Below, in pieces: positions 34,275 through 48,321 of a stretch of DNA of 64,000 bases. Source of the DNA: Bugula neritina (lineage: Eukaryota > Animalia > Bryozoa); contig OZ037772.1 of the NCBI GenBank assembly GCA_964035545.1, positions 12,026,818 through 12,090,817 on the forward strand, in the 5' to 3' direction. A model generated the notes under the pieces. That model searched no databases. It worked only from the letters and a program-made list of their open reading frames with translations, and was not told the DNA's origin. Position 1 is the stretch's first letter. Every line of letters begins with the position of its first letter. Made by a program: the position numbers and the translations under genes.

Positions 34275-37200
34275 AAAGCACATTTTTACCAAATGCAATA
34301 AATCTTTCTAGACATGTAGAGACTCACTTTTACCACTCGATTTCTCGTTACGCTCAAGGTTCATCTCCACATCGCTATTACTAAAATAAGAGTAACATCA
34401 AAATACTGCACTAATAACACTGGGTATAGCCTGAAGATAGGCTGTGAAGAAAGCGTTAGTTATCATTACAGAAGCATGGTGATCTATGAAACCTGGAGAT
34501 TACACTATAGGTGGTCAAATGACTTGGTTTGTAGAATGGTTCAGGTAATATGTATAGCAGAGTAGCAAACATCACTGTGAATAACTCGGATAGTTTATAA
34601 CTGATAGAATAATATTCATCTTTACTGTGACAAAGCAGCTTTGTGTCTTGCAATAAGATGCAATATAATCATGGTATTTAGTGTTAATAACCAACGACAG
34701 AGCTTACATAATTCTCTATTTATAGTGTTATATGTTATGATTTAAAGCCTCTAGCAAGTAACTGAACCCTAGTTACTAATCCTACTGCATATCAGAACGA
34801 ATATTTATAATTATATTATAATATTTATAATAGTCTAATAGTATGCTGATGTTTATACAGAATTTATCTAATTTAATAATATCTATAATAATGTAATTTA
34901 TAATGTATTTATAATAATATATTATTATTTATGGTAATATTTATAATAATATAATAATATTGATGATAGTACAATAATAATGTTTAAAATTATATAACAA
35001 TATTTACAATAATATAATAATGATTTGTAATAATATCTAAAATTGTATAATTATATTTATAATATAATAACTGCAATAATATAATAATATTATTAATACA
35101 ATATTATCTACAATTATATAAGAATATTTATAACAATAATATTTACAATCATATAAGAATATTTATTATAATAATATTTACAATTATATAAGAATATTTA
35201 ATATAATATTTACAATTATATAAGAATATTTATAATAATGGTAAACTTACACATTTTGCTGACTTTTTGACCTCTTGTACAGGATGACAGCGAGTACGAT
35301 TATAATAGTGATCAAAACTGCTGCCGATGCGGACACTGATGTCGCTATGACGATGGGGTCGACCGTCACATCGTCATCGTCGTCATCATCTATTGACAGA
35401 TAATTATTGCGATCAATATAATTAGTTTGTAGGCGTGCCTTATTGACTAGAGTCATAAAAGATGAAAGACAGACATACAGCAAGATGTTTGAAGCAGTTG
35501 TAAATAAAATTTCATATAGCAACAGGTATGTAAATATATAGCAATAGGTGTGCAGTCAAAACACTTGGGACTCTGCAAAAACTAGTAGAATATATTTGAT
35601 TTATAGTAACACAAGATACTAAATAGAATGGCGCAAGATACTAAATAAAATGGCGGTATTAATTTCAAAAATTTTAATAGATTCAAACGTTATTAACTAT
35701 CGAAATATTTTGAATATAAAAGTATAAACTGTATACTCTGCAGAGCAGCAACAAGGGGGAATTTCAGAAACAAGGAATCTTTGAGTGCAGCCTACCAATA
35801 GTAGTTGTAAAATAATTTGACGGTGGAGGTTTGGGTGACGGAGGCGGAGCCATGGTTGCTGGTGGGCTGGGTGGTGGTGGTCCTGCAGTTGCTATAACAA
35901 ACACAGCAGATTTCAACAAAACAAGCTTATGTAGCCTTAGAGTTGTAACTCCACAGCACAAGGTTAGTATATTATCTATCTATCATGTGACTTAGTCTGG
36001 GGAGTCTTTGGAAATGGAGTTTAACTCTGTAGCCTGTAGTCAAAGTGGGGTGTATGCAGCACACCTCCACCATTTTCTCCAGCTTTGACCACTTTCTATA
36101 GCAAATGCTTGAACAGATTTCTGTTGCCATTCTAATTCTTGTAACACATCTCAGTTTAATTGACTTCTATGATCAGCAATGTACATTGTATAATATTAAT
36201 TAACAATCACTGTATTTTCATTACTTCACGTGAATGCCTGTATGGATGAACATGTAGCATCATGAACTTTTATTTTATGCAACTGTATCCAAACATGGAA
36301 AGAAAATTTCAAAGCTTGGAAACGCAGTGATTGTAATGATCTTTAAATTATAATAGAGAAGGAAATGGAAGTATTACAGTGTAGTGCAGTCTGGTATACT
36401 GCCATTTGCGTAGATTTAGTTAATGCAACATTAAACCGTCTTAGTATGAAAACATGACAATGCTTAAAATAAATCCTCTATCAATTTGTTATCATTACAA
36501 TACTGGTGCCAGTGCTAAGGTTAGAGAGTTACAATTGAATGACGATACCAGGTGTCTATTGAAAGCACTCTCATATAATTGTTGGAATTAACTTGCATAT
36601 GCAACATATTATAATATACAATATACAATATTATGCAGCCCGTTTTTTCCATAAGAAACTTAATCAAACATATGCATATATCTTTCAGAAATTCTTTAAA
36701 GTGATCACACTACTAGAACTTATCCTGTCATTGAGAAATGTTGAGGGAATTACTACATCCAATGTTAGTTAGATCATAGACCTATCACAGCTATATACAT
36801 TATATAGTTGAGAGTTATCCTACCATAACTAAAAATAGTTTGGAGCTACATAATATAGTCACTTACGTGGACTTGGTTGGCACAGGCTATACGGCAGCAT
36901 CTATAAGTATATATAGTATATAAATACAAATTGTATAAACTGCAATAATATAAAACACCAGTTGCTTTATATAAGAATGAATTATTGTTTTGTTTTATTC
37001 TAAAATGGAGTAACAAGCTGTAAGATTTCCAGCTCCTTTCATTCACACTTTGTAGTCAAAATCTACTGCCATAAGTGATGTACAATATTGGAGTATCTAT
37101 CTGTATTGACATCATTTTGACATAAAGCCTGCATTGCTATAAAAAGCAAGCTATTCTCTAAAAGAAATGATTACAATAATCCATGTATTTCACCAGCTAC

Positions 37201-37652
37201 TTTACGAAGGGTTGCTTTTTGTAATTGTAATTACTTTCTGTTACTCTTATTGCACCAACTAATGTTTCAAAGGGCTTAGCACGACTTTAAACGTATTTAC
37301 ATGTAAGTAACATTTTTCAATAATCAGGTTTAAGTGGCATATACCATACATAATGGGCAACTTTCAAACTACGTGGTGCTTCATGAAATTCAAATTTATA
37401 AACATTTGTGAGATTTTTCCAACTTTTACACTTAAAACCTCTTGCAGTATCAACATCTAATAATTTAAGAACATATACCAAAGAAGTCACTCAGTTTTAC
37501 AAACATTAAGAGCTTTTTTTTAAATTCTAATTGTTTTTAGGAGACTTCACGAGCCACACTACAGCAGCTCCATTGGATTAGAATACAGCAGACTGGTTTC
37601 CACTCACCAACAGCATGATGGTAGCTATGACAGGTCTTAAAAGTCGCTCCAT
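33471..37652 (-). CDS. Type I single-pass membrane protein with short Pro-rich ectodomain and Tyr-motif tail (~243 aa); adaptor-like family member A
   Basis: Exons 37652-37608, 36900-36867, 35891-35796, 35389-35251, 34380-34328, 34158-34020, 33696-33471 (phases 0,1,1,2,1,2) form one ORF. Signal MERLLRPVIATIMLLMLPYSLC; Pro-rich segment; D7; TM ...AAVLITIIIVLAVILY-KRSK; tail NVYEK, SVYQTI, RYGPLPQTP, DEYYSYA, SDYIDAL. Confidence 0.8.
34172..34271. repeat. (AT)n microsatellite
   Basis: Direct inspection. Confidence 0.95.
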
Positions 37653-39304
37653 GTTGTCCAACTCCTTAATACAGAGGTTACAAGGTAAAGTGCTGCTTTC
37701 TCCTGTATTCTTTGACACTCACTCGCTCTAACCACTCTAACTCCACAAGTGAAACTCAACTTGTGGTGCAACTCGAATTGACACAAATAACCTTTTTTCA
37801 ACTTTTATGACCGAATCATCGTCATTCGTAAATGTAAACACTGAATCATCTAAGCCTGGCTGTATTTAGTATTTACTACTCATTGTTATTTTGATCTAAA
37901 TTCCGGTGCAGCCAACCATGTCTTCAGTAACCCAGTTATAGTGAATGTAATTATAATCAATTATATCTAACATGTCACTGTGAAATGATCCTCTCCTACC
38001 CTTGATGTCATTCAACTTCATACACGTATTGTCCACGCTCAATCATGCATGATATAGCTTCTATATTTACAGCAGAAGTGTAGGATTTTATAATGGTCCG
38101 CCCACAATGACTTGCAGTCTAACCACAGAAAATGGGCAATTGGAATAAATTATTTTGTGTTCAGAAACATAATACATGATATATTAGTATTGTGAAGATG
38201 CTATGCTAAACTTAAACGCACTGTACAGTCATCTGGAAAATAATTTAAGAATAAAAATGGCATTTTTGAGAAGCCATGTGGTTATCAGCACAAAAGGGTT
38301 TTATTCACTCTATAAAGCTATAGTCTGCTGTAAATTAAATTTGCATTCAAATACTATTATACAATAATGAGATATGCCTGGCATATTCAAGCTTATATAC
38401 CAAATGAATGCAATATCACAGTTAGCTCTTACTATATGGAGATTTAAAGGAGTGAGAATCTGGTACATACTAGTAGCCCATGTGGCAACACAAATCTTTA
38501 TTTTTATGCAAAGAAATAACAATAATAAATGTACCTTTAAATCCTCATCACGCACTGCGCAGTCAACCAATATCCTCTATTGGCTCCTCCCCTTTTTATG
38601 GTCAGCTATAGACTTCTATAGAAATGTCTCTATTCCTGTTTTATACTTATGGATAGTATTATAGTGTATTAAATTTCATTTAATATAATAAAAGTTAAAT
38701 GATAATATTACCATATGTAGTTATATGTTACCTTCTACCATATAGTCATATAAAATAACCCATGGTCATGCATAAAATATTGCTCCAGAATCATAGAATA
38801 TCATTTTATATAGTCATATATATAGGTTGTATGGTTAACAGGGGCTGTAGCTGAAAGAACTTAAATTGTTCTTAGCTCATAGCAACACACAACCCCTTAC
38901 CCCTCTCCCCCTTCAACCCCTTCCCCTCAAACCCTTCCCCTCAAACCCTCTCCCCCTTCCTCTTCAATCCTCTTCCCCCAACCTCTTCCCCCTCAACCCT
39001 CTCCCCTCAATCCCCCCCCCTTTAATTTTGTAATTAAGTTATCGATAAATCATGATAAGAATAATAACTTACAAATAGAATTGGAAAAGCAACTCATGTG
39101 CCAGTAATACACAAGAAGACAACTCCATGAGTGTACAACTGTTGTATATTATTTGAATGTTCCATAAATATTAATTCTTGTAACATGGGAGTTCATTGCA
39201 AATGCTGCCCATGACACAGGTGATGCTATATAGGCAGCATGCTGCCTAAAAGTTTTATGGAATAGTTTATATCCTTCATTTAAAAAGTTGGATTGGGGTT
39301 TGCA

Positions 39305-39495
39305 ATTTTACCTACAGTATATTATGCCTGTGTGTGCATAGTTTTACCTGCAGTATATACCTGTGTATGCACAATTTTACCTACAGTATATACCTGTGTA
39401 TGCACGATTTTACCTGCAGTATATATACCTGTGTATGAACAGCTTTACCTGCAGTATACTATATATATGTATGCACAGTTTTACCTGCAGTATAT
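39305..39495 (+). repeat. ~33-bp minisatellite (ttttacctgcagtatatacctgtgtatgcacag)
   Basis: About 6 degenerate tandem copies. Confidence 0.85.
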
Positions 39496-40665
39496 AGTCT
39501 ATCTTACGTAGCTTGAAATGCTGATGCTAATCCCTTTCTTGGTCACTCGTATTGAAATATGCTGTGCTGTGCAGCCAATAAATCGCATAGAATTGTGTTG
39601 AAGCTGTTGAAAGGCATAATAATCAGACTATTATTATAATGTATTGTTTGTCCAGTAATTTGCTCCACATGTGCGATGATGACTTGGAGATATATGCGTT
39701 GCAAAGCTGGGCTCAAGAAAGGCTATTGAAAGCGCCCCATTCTTTGACCTATTGATGTTTGTTTAAATCCACAGGAGTGTATAAACAGAAACGACTAGGT
39801 GGGGTTAGCTCGTTATTCTGAAGGATATGAAAAAGTCCACAAAAAGCCCGAAACAATGTAGGCATGCTGCACCCAAGCAATACAATGGGTGCTAGCACTC
39901 TACATTTACAAGTAAAATGCTTTAAATTCATGTTGTACTAAGAAACAAGCGCTATTGAATTATTTGTAGACTTTTTGCCAAAATTTAAAAGTAATATTTG
40001 AATAATTTTTAATCGAAACAAAATATAGAGCTTTCATAAATTAGTCATAAAAATTTTGAAACTTTTATGAATCTAGTTGGTATGTAATTTTATGACCCCT
40101 TTGTGTGGATTTATATCCACTCCTATCTGTCAACCGTTTGATTAGTTACTGAGCTTAATATATAAATAGTTTCACATTATTATGACTGAAGTACGAAGTC
40201 TATCAAGCTAATCTACTCTGCACCACCAAACCACTGTACTAGCACCAGGTGAGTGGGCTACTTGCAGTCTTTTTGATTAGTTTAGTTTGATTCAATAACT
40301 AGAAACCTAAAGGCAGGCTCTACATTATTATTAATTTTATAGGTTTACTGAATAATATCATTATCAACTGTTGTTTACTAATTAATTTAGTTTGATAACT
40401 ATTAAGTATATAGCAGTATAGACTGTAACAGTGCTTAAATTATTATCTTAGTAACTCTACAATTAAGCTGTAAAAAACTCTCACTATATGTTTTCACTGC
40501 AACACATAACAGCTGCGTTAGTTTGCTGAAACTTGTAATTTTTCTCTTTACATCTAAAGCTGCCCTTTGTTTGTCTTATAGTCTTGTTAACAGGTTGCTA
40601 TAGTAACTAGCACAGTACCAGCTGGTACACTGTGTGGTTAGAATGCAATATTTTAACTTGACTTG

Positions 40666-40975
40666 GGGGACGGAGCAATATTCCGAAGGCCCATTGCTCC
40701 GAAGGTCCATTAGTCCGAAAACTAGTAGACACAGGATGTTGCAGTCCCATTTGAGGCAGATGCTTTTGGGTCATAAAGTAATCTTAGGTTAAACAGTCAC
40801 AAGTAGGCAACACGCATGCCACCCACAGAGCAATAATATAGCTAGAACTTAAACTAAATTGTGAGTGAAATTTATGATATTCTCAGTGAGGATGCCCTTA
40901 ACTATCCTGTGTCTACTAATTTTTGGACTAATGAACCTTCGGAACAATGGACCTTGAGAATATTGACTAATCACC
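40666..40975. mobile_element. MITE with ~70-bp imperfect TIRs built from 16-bp subrepeats
   Basis: Left caatattccgaaggcccattgctccgaaggtccattagtccgaaaactagtagacacaggat mirrors right atcctgtgtctactaatttttggactaatgaaccttcggaacaatggaccttgagaatattg. TSD not clear. Confidence 0.75.
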
Positions 40976-42252
40976 ACAATTGTAAAATTATCACATAGCA
41001 TAGTTATTTCAAGTTGTAAAAACAACACAACGTAATGAATATCCAACAGCGTTGCGTTTAGCATAACGTTCCACTCAAATAGGTTATCGCATCGCTTGAT
41101 TCCGGGCTACGCGACGACTGCTAGTTTTCAATTCATTAATTAAATAGCAGCACGCCCTCGCCCATTGGCTGTGGCTTTACGCTTTGGCAGCCCGGATGTT
41201 CAGTGCAGACGTTGAACCCACAGCTAGTAGAATAGTAGCGCGCTAGCAATGCAAGTTCCATCGCATCAATAACAATCAATTTTAATGATAAAGTTAACAA
41301 AATATAAATGAATTTGAATTTAAATTAACTTAAAGAGGTACAGGTTAGTTTTGTTTTTTCAGTATTTGTAATAGTTTAAAGCTTTTCTTAAGTATTTCTA
41401 TCTATTTCAAATTAGTAATACATATTTGGTTTACTTAACATGTTTAGGAGTTTAACAAGTTTGGAATGCCAGTGTTCGGTGTATAATAGAATTCATGGCT
41501 ATGTATTTACTTTATAATAGATTTCTCATGAAATTACGAATTCTTAAGGCAGGTTTTCTAGTTATTGATCAGTTTGTCACAGGATAGTACCCTAATTTGT
41601 AGCTTAAAGTTTTACTTTTACTCATAACAGTATTTGACTGCAACTACTAATTTAAGTCAACTTTGAATACAAGTTTATATCTTTGTTTATGTGATACATG
41701 CATCATTACTTGTTTTAACTGATACAATCACTTGACTTTGTCTATGGCAGTTATCAAATTCAATGTCATTTTTACTATAAACTTTAATATTTTTAGTAAA
41801 CCTACAATGTAGTTTCCTAGAGTCAAACTCACCCTAGCTAGCCACTAAAAGAAGGCAATAGGTGATTAATCCAAAATCTGTATATAGGGTATATGTTTGA
41901 ATACTTTACAAGATCATAAATAATTTTTTGTCGGTTTTATTTTAAAAACCTATTATAATTGCACATATTAACCTACTTTTACAGTTTCTTACGGCAGTTG
42001 GAATAAGTAAAAATAAAGTTACTAACACCAACACCAGTACAACTCCTTTATAGTTAGTGGAGACGCTACAACAATCACCCTTGACTTGAGCTCAAACTGT
42101 GGCAGCAACTTTTATATTCTGAATGCAGTGTAAACGGCTTTGGTTTTGAGATAGAATTTAAGGATGGCAACTGCAAATCCTATTTAAAGAAAACCAACTA
42201 AAGCATTTAATATTGCTTTTTGTAGATTAGTTGTTTGATACGAGAGAGAAGG

Positions 42253-45200
42253 ATGATTGAGCAGCTTCTGAAGACGCTTGGCTCTGAATGGCTGACAATA
42301 TTTCTGTCAGCTAGTTTCTGCCTGACTCTATACTTCTGGTGGTCTTCCTCCAGCCCTGGCAAACTTCCTCCTGGACCTACAGGACTTCCCTTCCTTGGCA
42401 TCTTGCCAGAATTTGGTAAGCTGACTGACTACCTGGTAACGCGTGTGAAAATGGCTTTATTTTATATTCCTCTTAGCTGTAGGTATATGTTTTGATAACA
42501 AAATATCATTTCTTCTAAATTAAAAGCTACAGCTTACGGCCATGCAGTATTGGTGTTCAAATAATTGTTGTTTGAGAAGTTGTCAGTCTTGTAAGAAATG
42601 TTTTTGAAATAAACAGCCAATGCAAAATTTGGAAACTAATCAAAGCAAAATTGGTAAAGTTGTATTAGCATTTGTGACCCTAAGAAGTTCCATTCAATGC
42701 GATCTGAAGTCAATATTCAACAACTATGTTGAAAATTGAATTGAATTAAAAGCTTTAGGCATCTGCTCACCAAGTTGCTACATACACAGTCTGTTCAAGA
42801 TGTTTGTGTGAACTTATAGTGAGAAAAGCCAAATCAGGGGCTCTGGTAGAGTTCTGTATGGACATGAACAGGAAGTATGGACGCATCGTGATGTTCAAAT
42901 CCGGTGTCCAGAACCTTGTGTGGCTCGGGGACGGCAAACTGGTGACCAAACTGTTCAACAGCGAGGAGTTTGCTTTGCGGCCAATTAACACTCTTCCTGT
43001 GCTAAAAATTATCGGAGGCGGATCTCCAAAAGGTATGTTTATAATATATTACCTACACAGTGGCAGCTCTTACCTACACAGTTGCAGCTCTTCACTTAGC
43101 CCTCGTTCTAGCAGAACTTTGCAGCATGAAAAGTTGTTTGACTTTATAGTAATACAATAATGTCAAAACCAAAGTTTTAAGCAAAAAAACTATATTTCTG
43201 CTCATCACAGCTTGTATCTGACCTGATATTGTAAAGAGACAACCGTCTCAGCCCTATTTTCGTAGATCATGTCGCAAGTAGCCTATAGTATTAGTTTATG
43301 AGAGTATCAGGTGGAGATGACTGACTGCGTGTCATGGTTACAATATTCATGGTATTATACCTCTGAGGGTGTGACTTTGTATTTTAGCAAAGTTTCCAGC
43401 GAGTATCTGGTGTCATTGGTGAGGCAGTTTTGGTAACTTTCAGTCAGTTAAACAGGCAATCACTTTTTGTGCATCTGTACAGCACAAAATTTCTTTCTGA
43501 AATCATAGTCTATTCTTGAATGCTTGTATAACCAAGCTAGTTTAGCAGAGGTATTGGTCTACTGCTGAAAGTCACCATGCTTTGCGGCTCATTCCAAGCA
43601 TGATATGGGACTACCAATCGACATGTTCTGTATAGTTGAACAATGTAACTGATTGATAGGAAGATGTCTAGTGCCAAGTCTGCGGTTGTACTGTAGACAG
43701 AGTATTACACTATGGAGTCCCCTTAGTACAAACTATTGTCTATCAAGTGGCCCTTCAATGCAGACTAATGAACTTTATGGTTATAAATAGCAGCCAATCA
43801 GATTAGCTGACACATATTAAGACTATATAGGCTGTTAGAACAAATCCCATTTGATGATTTCGTAAAGTAATTGGTTTTGCAACCTGTATAACTTTCAAGT
43901 CATGTTTGTCAGCGAAGTCTGGGGGTCAACCAGTGGCCTCCTAAAGAGGTACCTAGGTGCAGTAAAGGAGAAATTGGAAAAGCCTGTGTTTTAAAAGAAA
44001 AAGATAGAAAAAGAAGTTATGTGAGAATCTCAACCAATGCCCTCACCAAGATTTATAAAGAGCTTGGCTAATCTACTCCATTACTGCACCTACAAACCCT
44101 TAACATTATAATGCTCACAGAGATTTCCAACTACTTGGATGGTCGACTTGCAGCACCACACTTCATATAGGACATCGTTTTCATTTCTATTTGCATTACA
44201 CTGCAGATAAGAGATAAATGTGTCTACAGAGGAGGCAAAATGCAGAACAGAGTTAAGTATACCGCATACATTACTGTGATTTGTTATTGTGAAATGTTAT
44301 TGTCAATTGTAGGCATCATCTTCACTAATGGAGAGAACAACAAGGAGATGAGAAAGTTTGCCCTCATGTCCTTCAGGGACTTTGGCGTGGGAAAGAAGAG
44401 TATAGACGAGATGGTGCAGACTGAAGCCTCCATCCTGTGTGACTACCTCATCAGAGAGTGTGAGAAGGGAGATGGTCTGGTGTCTAACATTAAGCTCACC
44501 ATACAGTATGCCACAGCCAATGTAATTCACCATATCATATTTGGTTACAGGTGAGTGTGACACACTTAGGTGTGTGCTGGCATATTTATGTGAGTTTGAC
44601 ACATACATACAAATGAATGTTGACACACGCAAACATGCTGGTAAGTGTGACACATAGTTGCAAGTAAATGTTACACATGCATACAGGTGAGTGTTGACAC
44701 ATACATACAGGTGAGTGTTGACACATACATACAGGTGAGTGTTGACACATACATACATATATGTGAGTGTTGACACATACATACAGGTGAGTGTTGAGAC
44801 ATGCATACAGGTGAGTGTTGACACATACATACAGGTGAGTGTTGACACATACATACAGGTGAGTGTTGACACATACTGATAGAAGGAGACATGACTGGGT
44901 AAAGGTGAAGCTGGGGAAATGGAAGAGTTAACTTATTCGAAAGATTTTCTCGCAAATATTCAGCAAGCAAGAAAAGTTTTTTTCAGCATTCTGTGTTTCA
45001 CAGAGTTTTTCATCTTGTACGAGTAATATTGGCTATAAACTAACTTAGTGGAGCTATGGCTAGTTTTTAGTTTAAGTTTTAAACTTTAAATAAGTTTTAA
45101 GTCGGTAAACATGTTAATACATTTCAGTGTAGCAGTGATTAGGTGATTCCTAGCAACAAAAAGCAGTTTTTATAGATTGTGCCAAAAATGTTCAAATATA

Positions 45201-48200
45201 CAATTATGCTGGTAGAAACTGAATAGGTTGTTATAAGAACTAATTGTTATTATTGCTTTATATTAGTAAAGTATAATTGGACTTCTTTTCTGTTTTCAGG
45301 TGGGATTATGATAATCCAAAATGGCAGCGACTTGTGAAACGGCTTTATGACTTTTTTGCCATAAATCTAATAGCTATGCCTGAGAACTTCATACCAGCCT
45401 TGAAGTACGTCCCTCCTTTGAACCATCTTATTTCTAGAAACCAGGTAATGCAGCATATGCAGTTGAACTAAAATAAATATTGGCAAAGCTTATCATCTAT
45501 ATGCAATATTATATTTATTATTGAACAACTGATTAAATAGTTTCTGTTTTATCAATTTTCTATAAGAAAGACACCTTCCTTCGCTAACCAAAGTTGATTA
45601 AAGAATGTAACCTAATGTACTTTGTCACTGCAACTATGCAAAACCTAATATCGGTACGATAATTATAATGGGAATCACTATTATTACGTTTAAGTTCTTC
45701 TGTTTTGTTACCAGGACAAGACATTACGCGAAGTCACTACTGCTATAGAAGAGTACGTTTCCTCCCAAATCGAAGAGCACAGAAGCAGCTACTGTGAGGG
45801 AGAAATAAGAGACTTTGTAGATCTCTACATTAAATACGAGCAGGAGCACAAGGAGTTCTACACAAGTATGTGAAGAGATCTTTGCTTGTCGTGTATCAGT
45901 TAAGAACTTTACTCACTGCTGGTAGTTGTCCTACCTTGAGTCGAGTTTTACGTGAAGTAATTTGTAGAATTGGTTCACTTGTTGATGAACAAAATGGGAT
46001 TGTAAAACTTTTCTAGTAAACATAATATACAGTTGGCAATGTTCATTTTCCACACCCATACTAAGTCACAATGTGACTTGTCTCAAATTCAACTCAAATT
46101 TTATCCGTTTGTAAACTTGCACCCACTTGCCTGACAAAATCTAAGCTCACCTATTTGTGAGCCTGAAGCAGTATAGTGTAAAAAATCTAACGAATTATAT
46201 TCAAACCCTCAAGTTACTTCTTAATCATTGCACTTCTTCAAGTTACGAATGCAAATGCAGCCATTTTATATCATGTATCATTATTGGGCTTTAAAAAAGA
46301 ACCGAATATAATAATATGTTGCTTTGCAGAAAATAATTATCTTATAAAGGTTTTGCATTGTGCTGTACAATATTGTATAGTATGTTTCAAGTATGTTCGA
46401 ATTATCAGCAATAATAAGCATTGCTTCAACATTTATGAGTAATAGCTGTAGGGAGTCAAATATCTTATATGTAACTTGCTGGTGTAAACTTAGACATGGT
46501 TCTTTACATCTGCTATGGTAGAGATTGGGGTACCCTGCGGACCCCCTCACTTTAGACACTATGTTAGGAATTGAAGATTCTACAATATTTTTTTATTTTT
46601 GCTGTCTTACGCAATACCAGAGTAACTTTTGCATCAAGCTATCCACTTTTTCTATTGCAGAGGAAAACATTTTCCAAGTAATTTTGGACTTATTTCGGGC
46701 AGGATCTGATACCACCGCAACCTCTATTTCTTGGGCCACACTCTATTTGGTGAAATTTCCAGATATTCAAGAGGCGCTGAGGGAGGAGATCGATAAGGTT
46801 TCTTTTTACACTAATAATATAAATATGTTTAATATTTGATATTGTGTAATAATATAGTTATTCATAATAACACTTTTTACATTTGAAACTAGTAATGATA
46901 TTAGATGTACACACACACCACAGACAACACACACCACAGACAACACACGCACGCACACACACGCGGAGGCACACACACCACAGACAACACACGCACACAC
47001 ACACACGCGCGCGCGGAGGCACACACACGCACGCACACACACAGCACACACCCTTGCACTTAACCAAGTTACCTCTAACTGCTCAATCATAGTTTAGCAT
47101 ACAACCTGCGCTATACATTTATACTCTACAATCTACTATACATCAGTATGTTTCATTGTTAGGTTATTGGAAGTCGGCCATATGTAAAAGAAGACAAACC
47201 TAAACTGATAAAGACGAGCGCTTTTGTCAATGAGGTTCATCGACATGTGTCAGTCGGTGAGAGAATGTTTATGTTATTATCAATATAACATTTATATATC
47301 AGAATATCATATGAGTAACAATATATAATATTAATAGAATTTCATCTAAAAGATGTGTCAAAGTCAGTCACATCTTAATTGAAATATACTTCAGAATTGA
47401 AGGTGGATGTTTATTGGATTATGTCTTTCTGTTTCAGCTCCCCTCGCACCACCACACACAGTGGACAAGCCCACCCAGGTTGAAGGCTACACAATTCCAC
47501 CCAACGCCCTGGTTCAACCAAACCTCTACTTTATACACCATGATGATCAGTACTGGACGAATCCTGACCAGTTTGACATCAACCGGTGGATAGGAGAGGA
47601 CGGGGAACTCCTCAAACACGAGGGTCATTTCATGCCCTTCTCTATTGGTAAGGAGCACGCTGCAGAACGCCATAATAATAATATTTTAAAGCACTTGTAA
47701 CTACAATACAGTGAATATCCCATGCAGTATAATTACTATACTGGATGGGATATTCACTGTAATTTCAATTGCTATGAAATTGTTTTATTGTTTACTGTAA
47801 TTATTATTTTGCTAATTGCTGAAAAAATAAGCAAATTGAAAATTTTCTGCCACTGTTATGCAAGTCTGTAAGGTCTAATTTGTAAGCAACAAAATTAATT
47901 TAATAAACATTTATCTATGAAAACTTCCTTTCTGCAAATTCACAGGAAGAAGACAACTTCTATAAGTTAAACTCTTTAATATTTAGCTAAATTTTAATTA
48001 AAAAAACAGAAGCATTTTTTTACTAAATATGAATTTTTAGTTAAAATCTTCATCATGCTGCTAATATTTAATACATTTTAAGTATCATACACTGCATATT
48101 ATAAAGTATTTACTAGATTCTCTTTCATTTTTACCTCCACAGGCAAGAGAGTGTGTCCCGGCAGACAGATCGCTAATGTGGAGTTTTTCACTCTTCTTAT

Positions 48201-48321
48201 TGAAATGCTTCAGAAGGTGAAATTAGAAAAAACTTCAGACTTTGAAGAGTTAGATGTCATGGCAAATCAAGGGATACTTAGAACACCCCCAAACTTCACC
48301 TTCAAAGTCTCTGTTAGATAA
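42253..48321 (+). CDS. Microsomal cytochrome P450, clan 2 / CYP2-like (~509 aa, 9 exons)
   Basis: Exons 42253-42415, 42820-43032, 44313-44550, 45300-45444, 45715-45865, 46661-46797, 47163-47256, 47438-47647, 48143-48321. N-terminal anchor + PPGPTGLPFLG, RDFGVGK, RDFVDLYI, I-helix AGSDTT, K-helix EVHR, heme motif PFSIGKRVCPG. Confidence 0.93.
44590..44876 (+). repeat. 24-bp minisatellite (acaggtgagtgttgacacatacat)n in CYP intron 3
   Basis: About 8 near-perfect plus several degenerate copies immediately downstream of the exon-3 donor. Confidence 0.9.
46909..47052 (+). repeat. Compound (CA)n/(CG) microsatellite
   Basis: Direct inspection. Confidence 0.9.
47709..47759. mobile_element. 51-bp palindromic mini-MITE (CAGTG...CACTG flanked by TA)
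   Basis: ta-cagtgaatatcccat-g-cagtata-attac-tatactg-g-atgggatattcactg-ta: 23-bp stem with one mismatch. CAGTG termini with TA flanks are typical of Tc1/mariner derivatives. Confidence 0.6.

Noticed and set aside
43953-44092. 17-bp inverted repeat (taggtgcagtaa.ggag) in CYP intron 2; similar weak IR at ~3686/3918
   Set aside because: Short, with no clear TSD or second copy in the window; cannot support an element call.
44303-44970. Minus-strand repetitive ORFs (STLTCMYV / CQHSPVCM)
   Set aside because: Translations of the 24-bp minisatellite antisense to the CYP gene.
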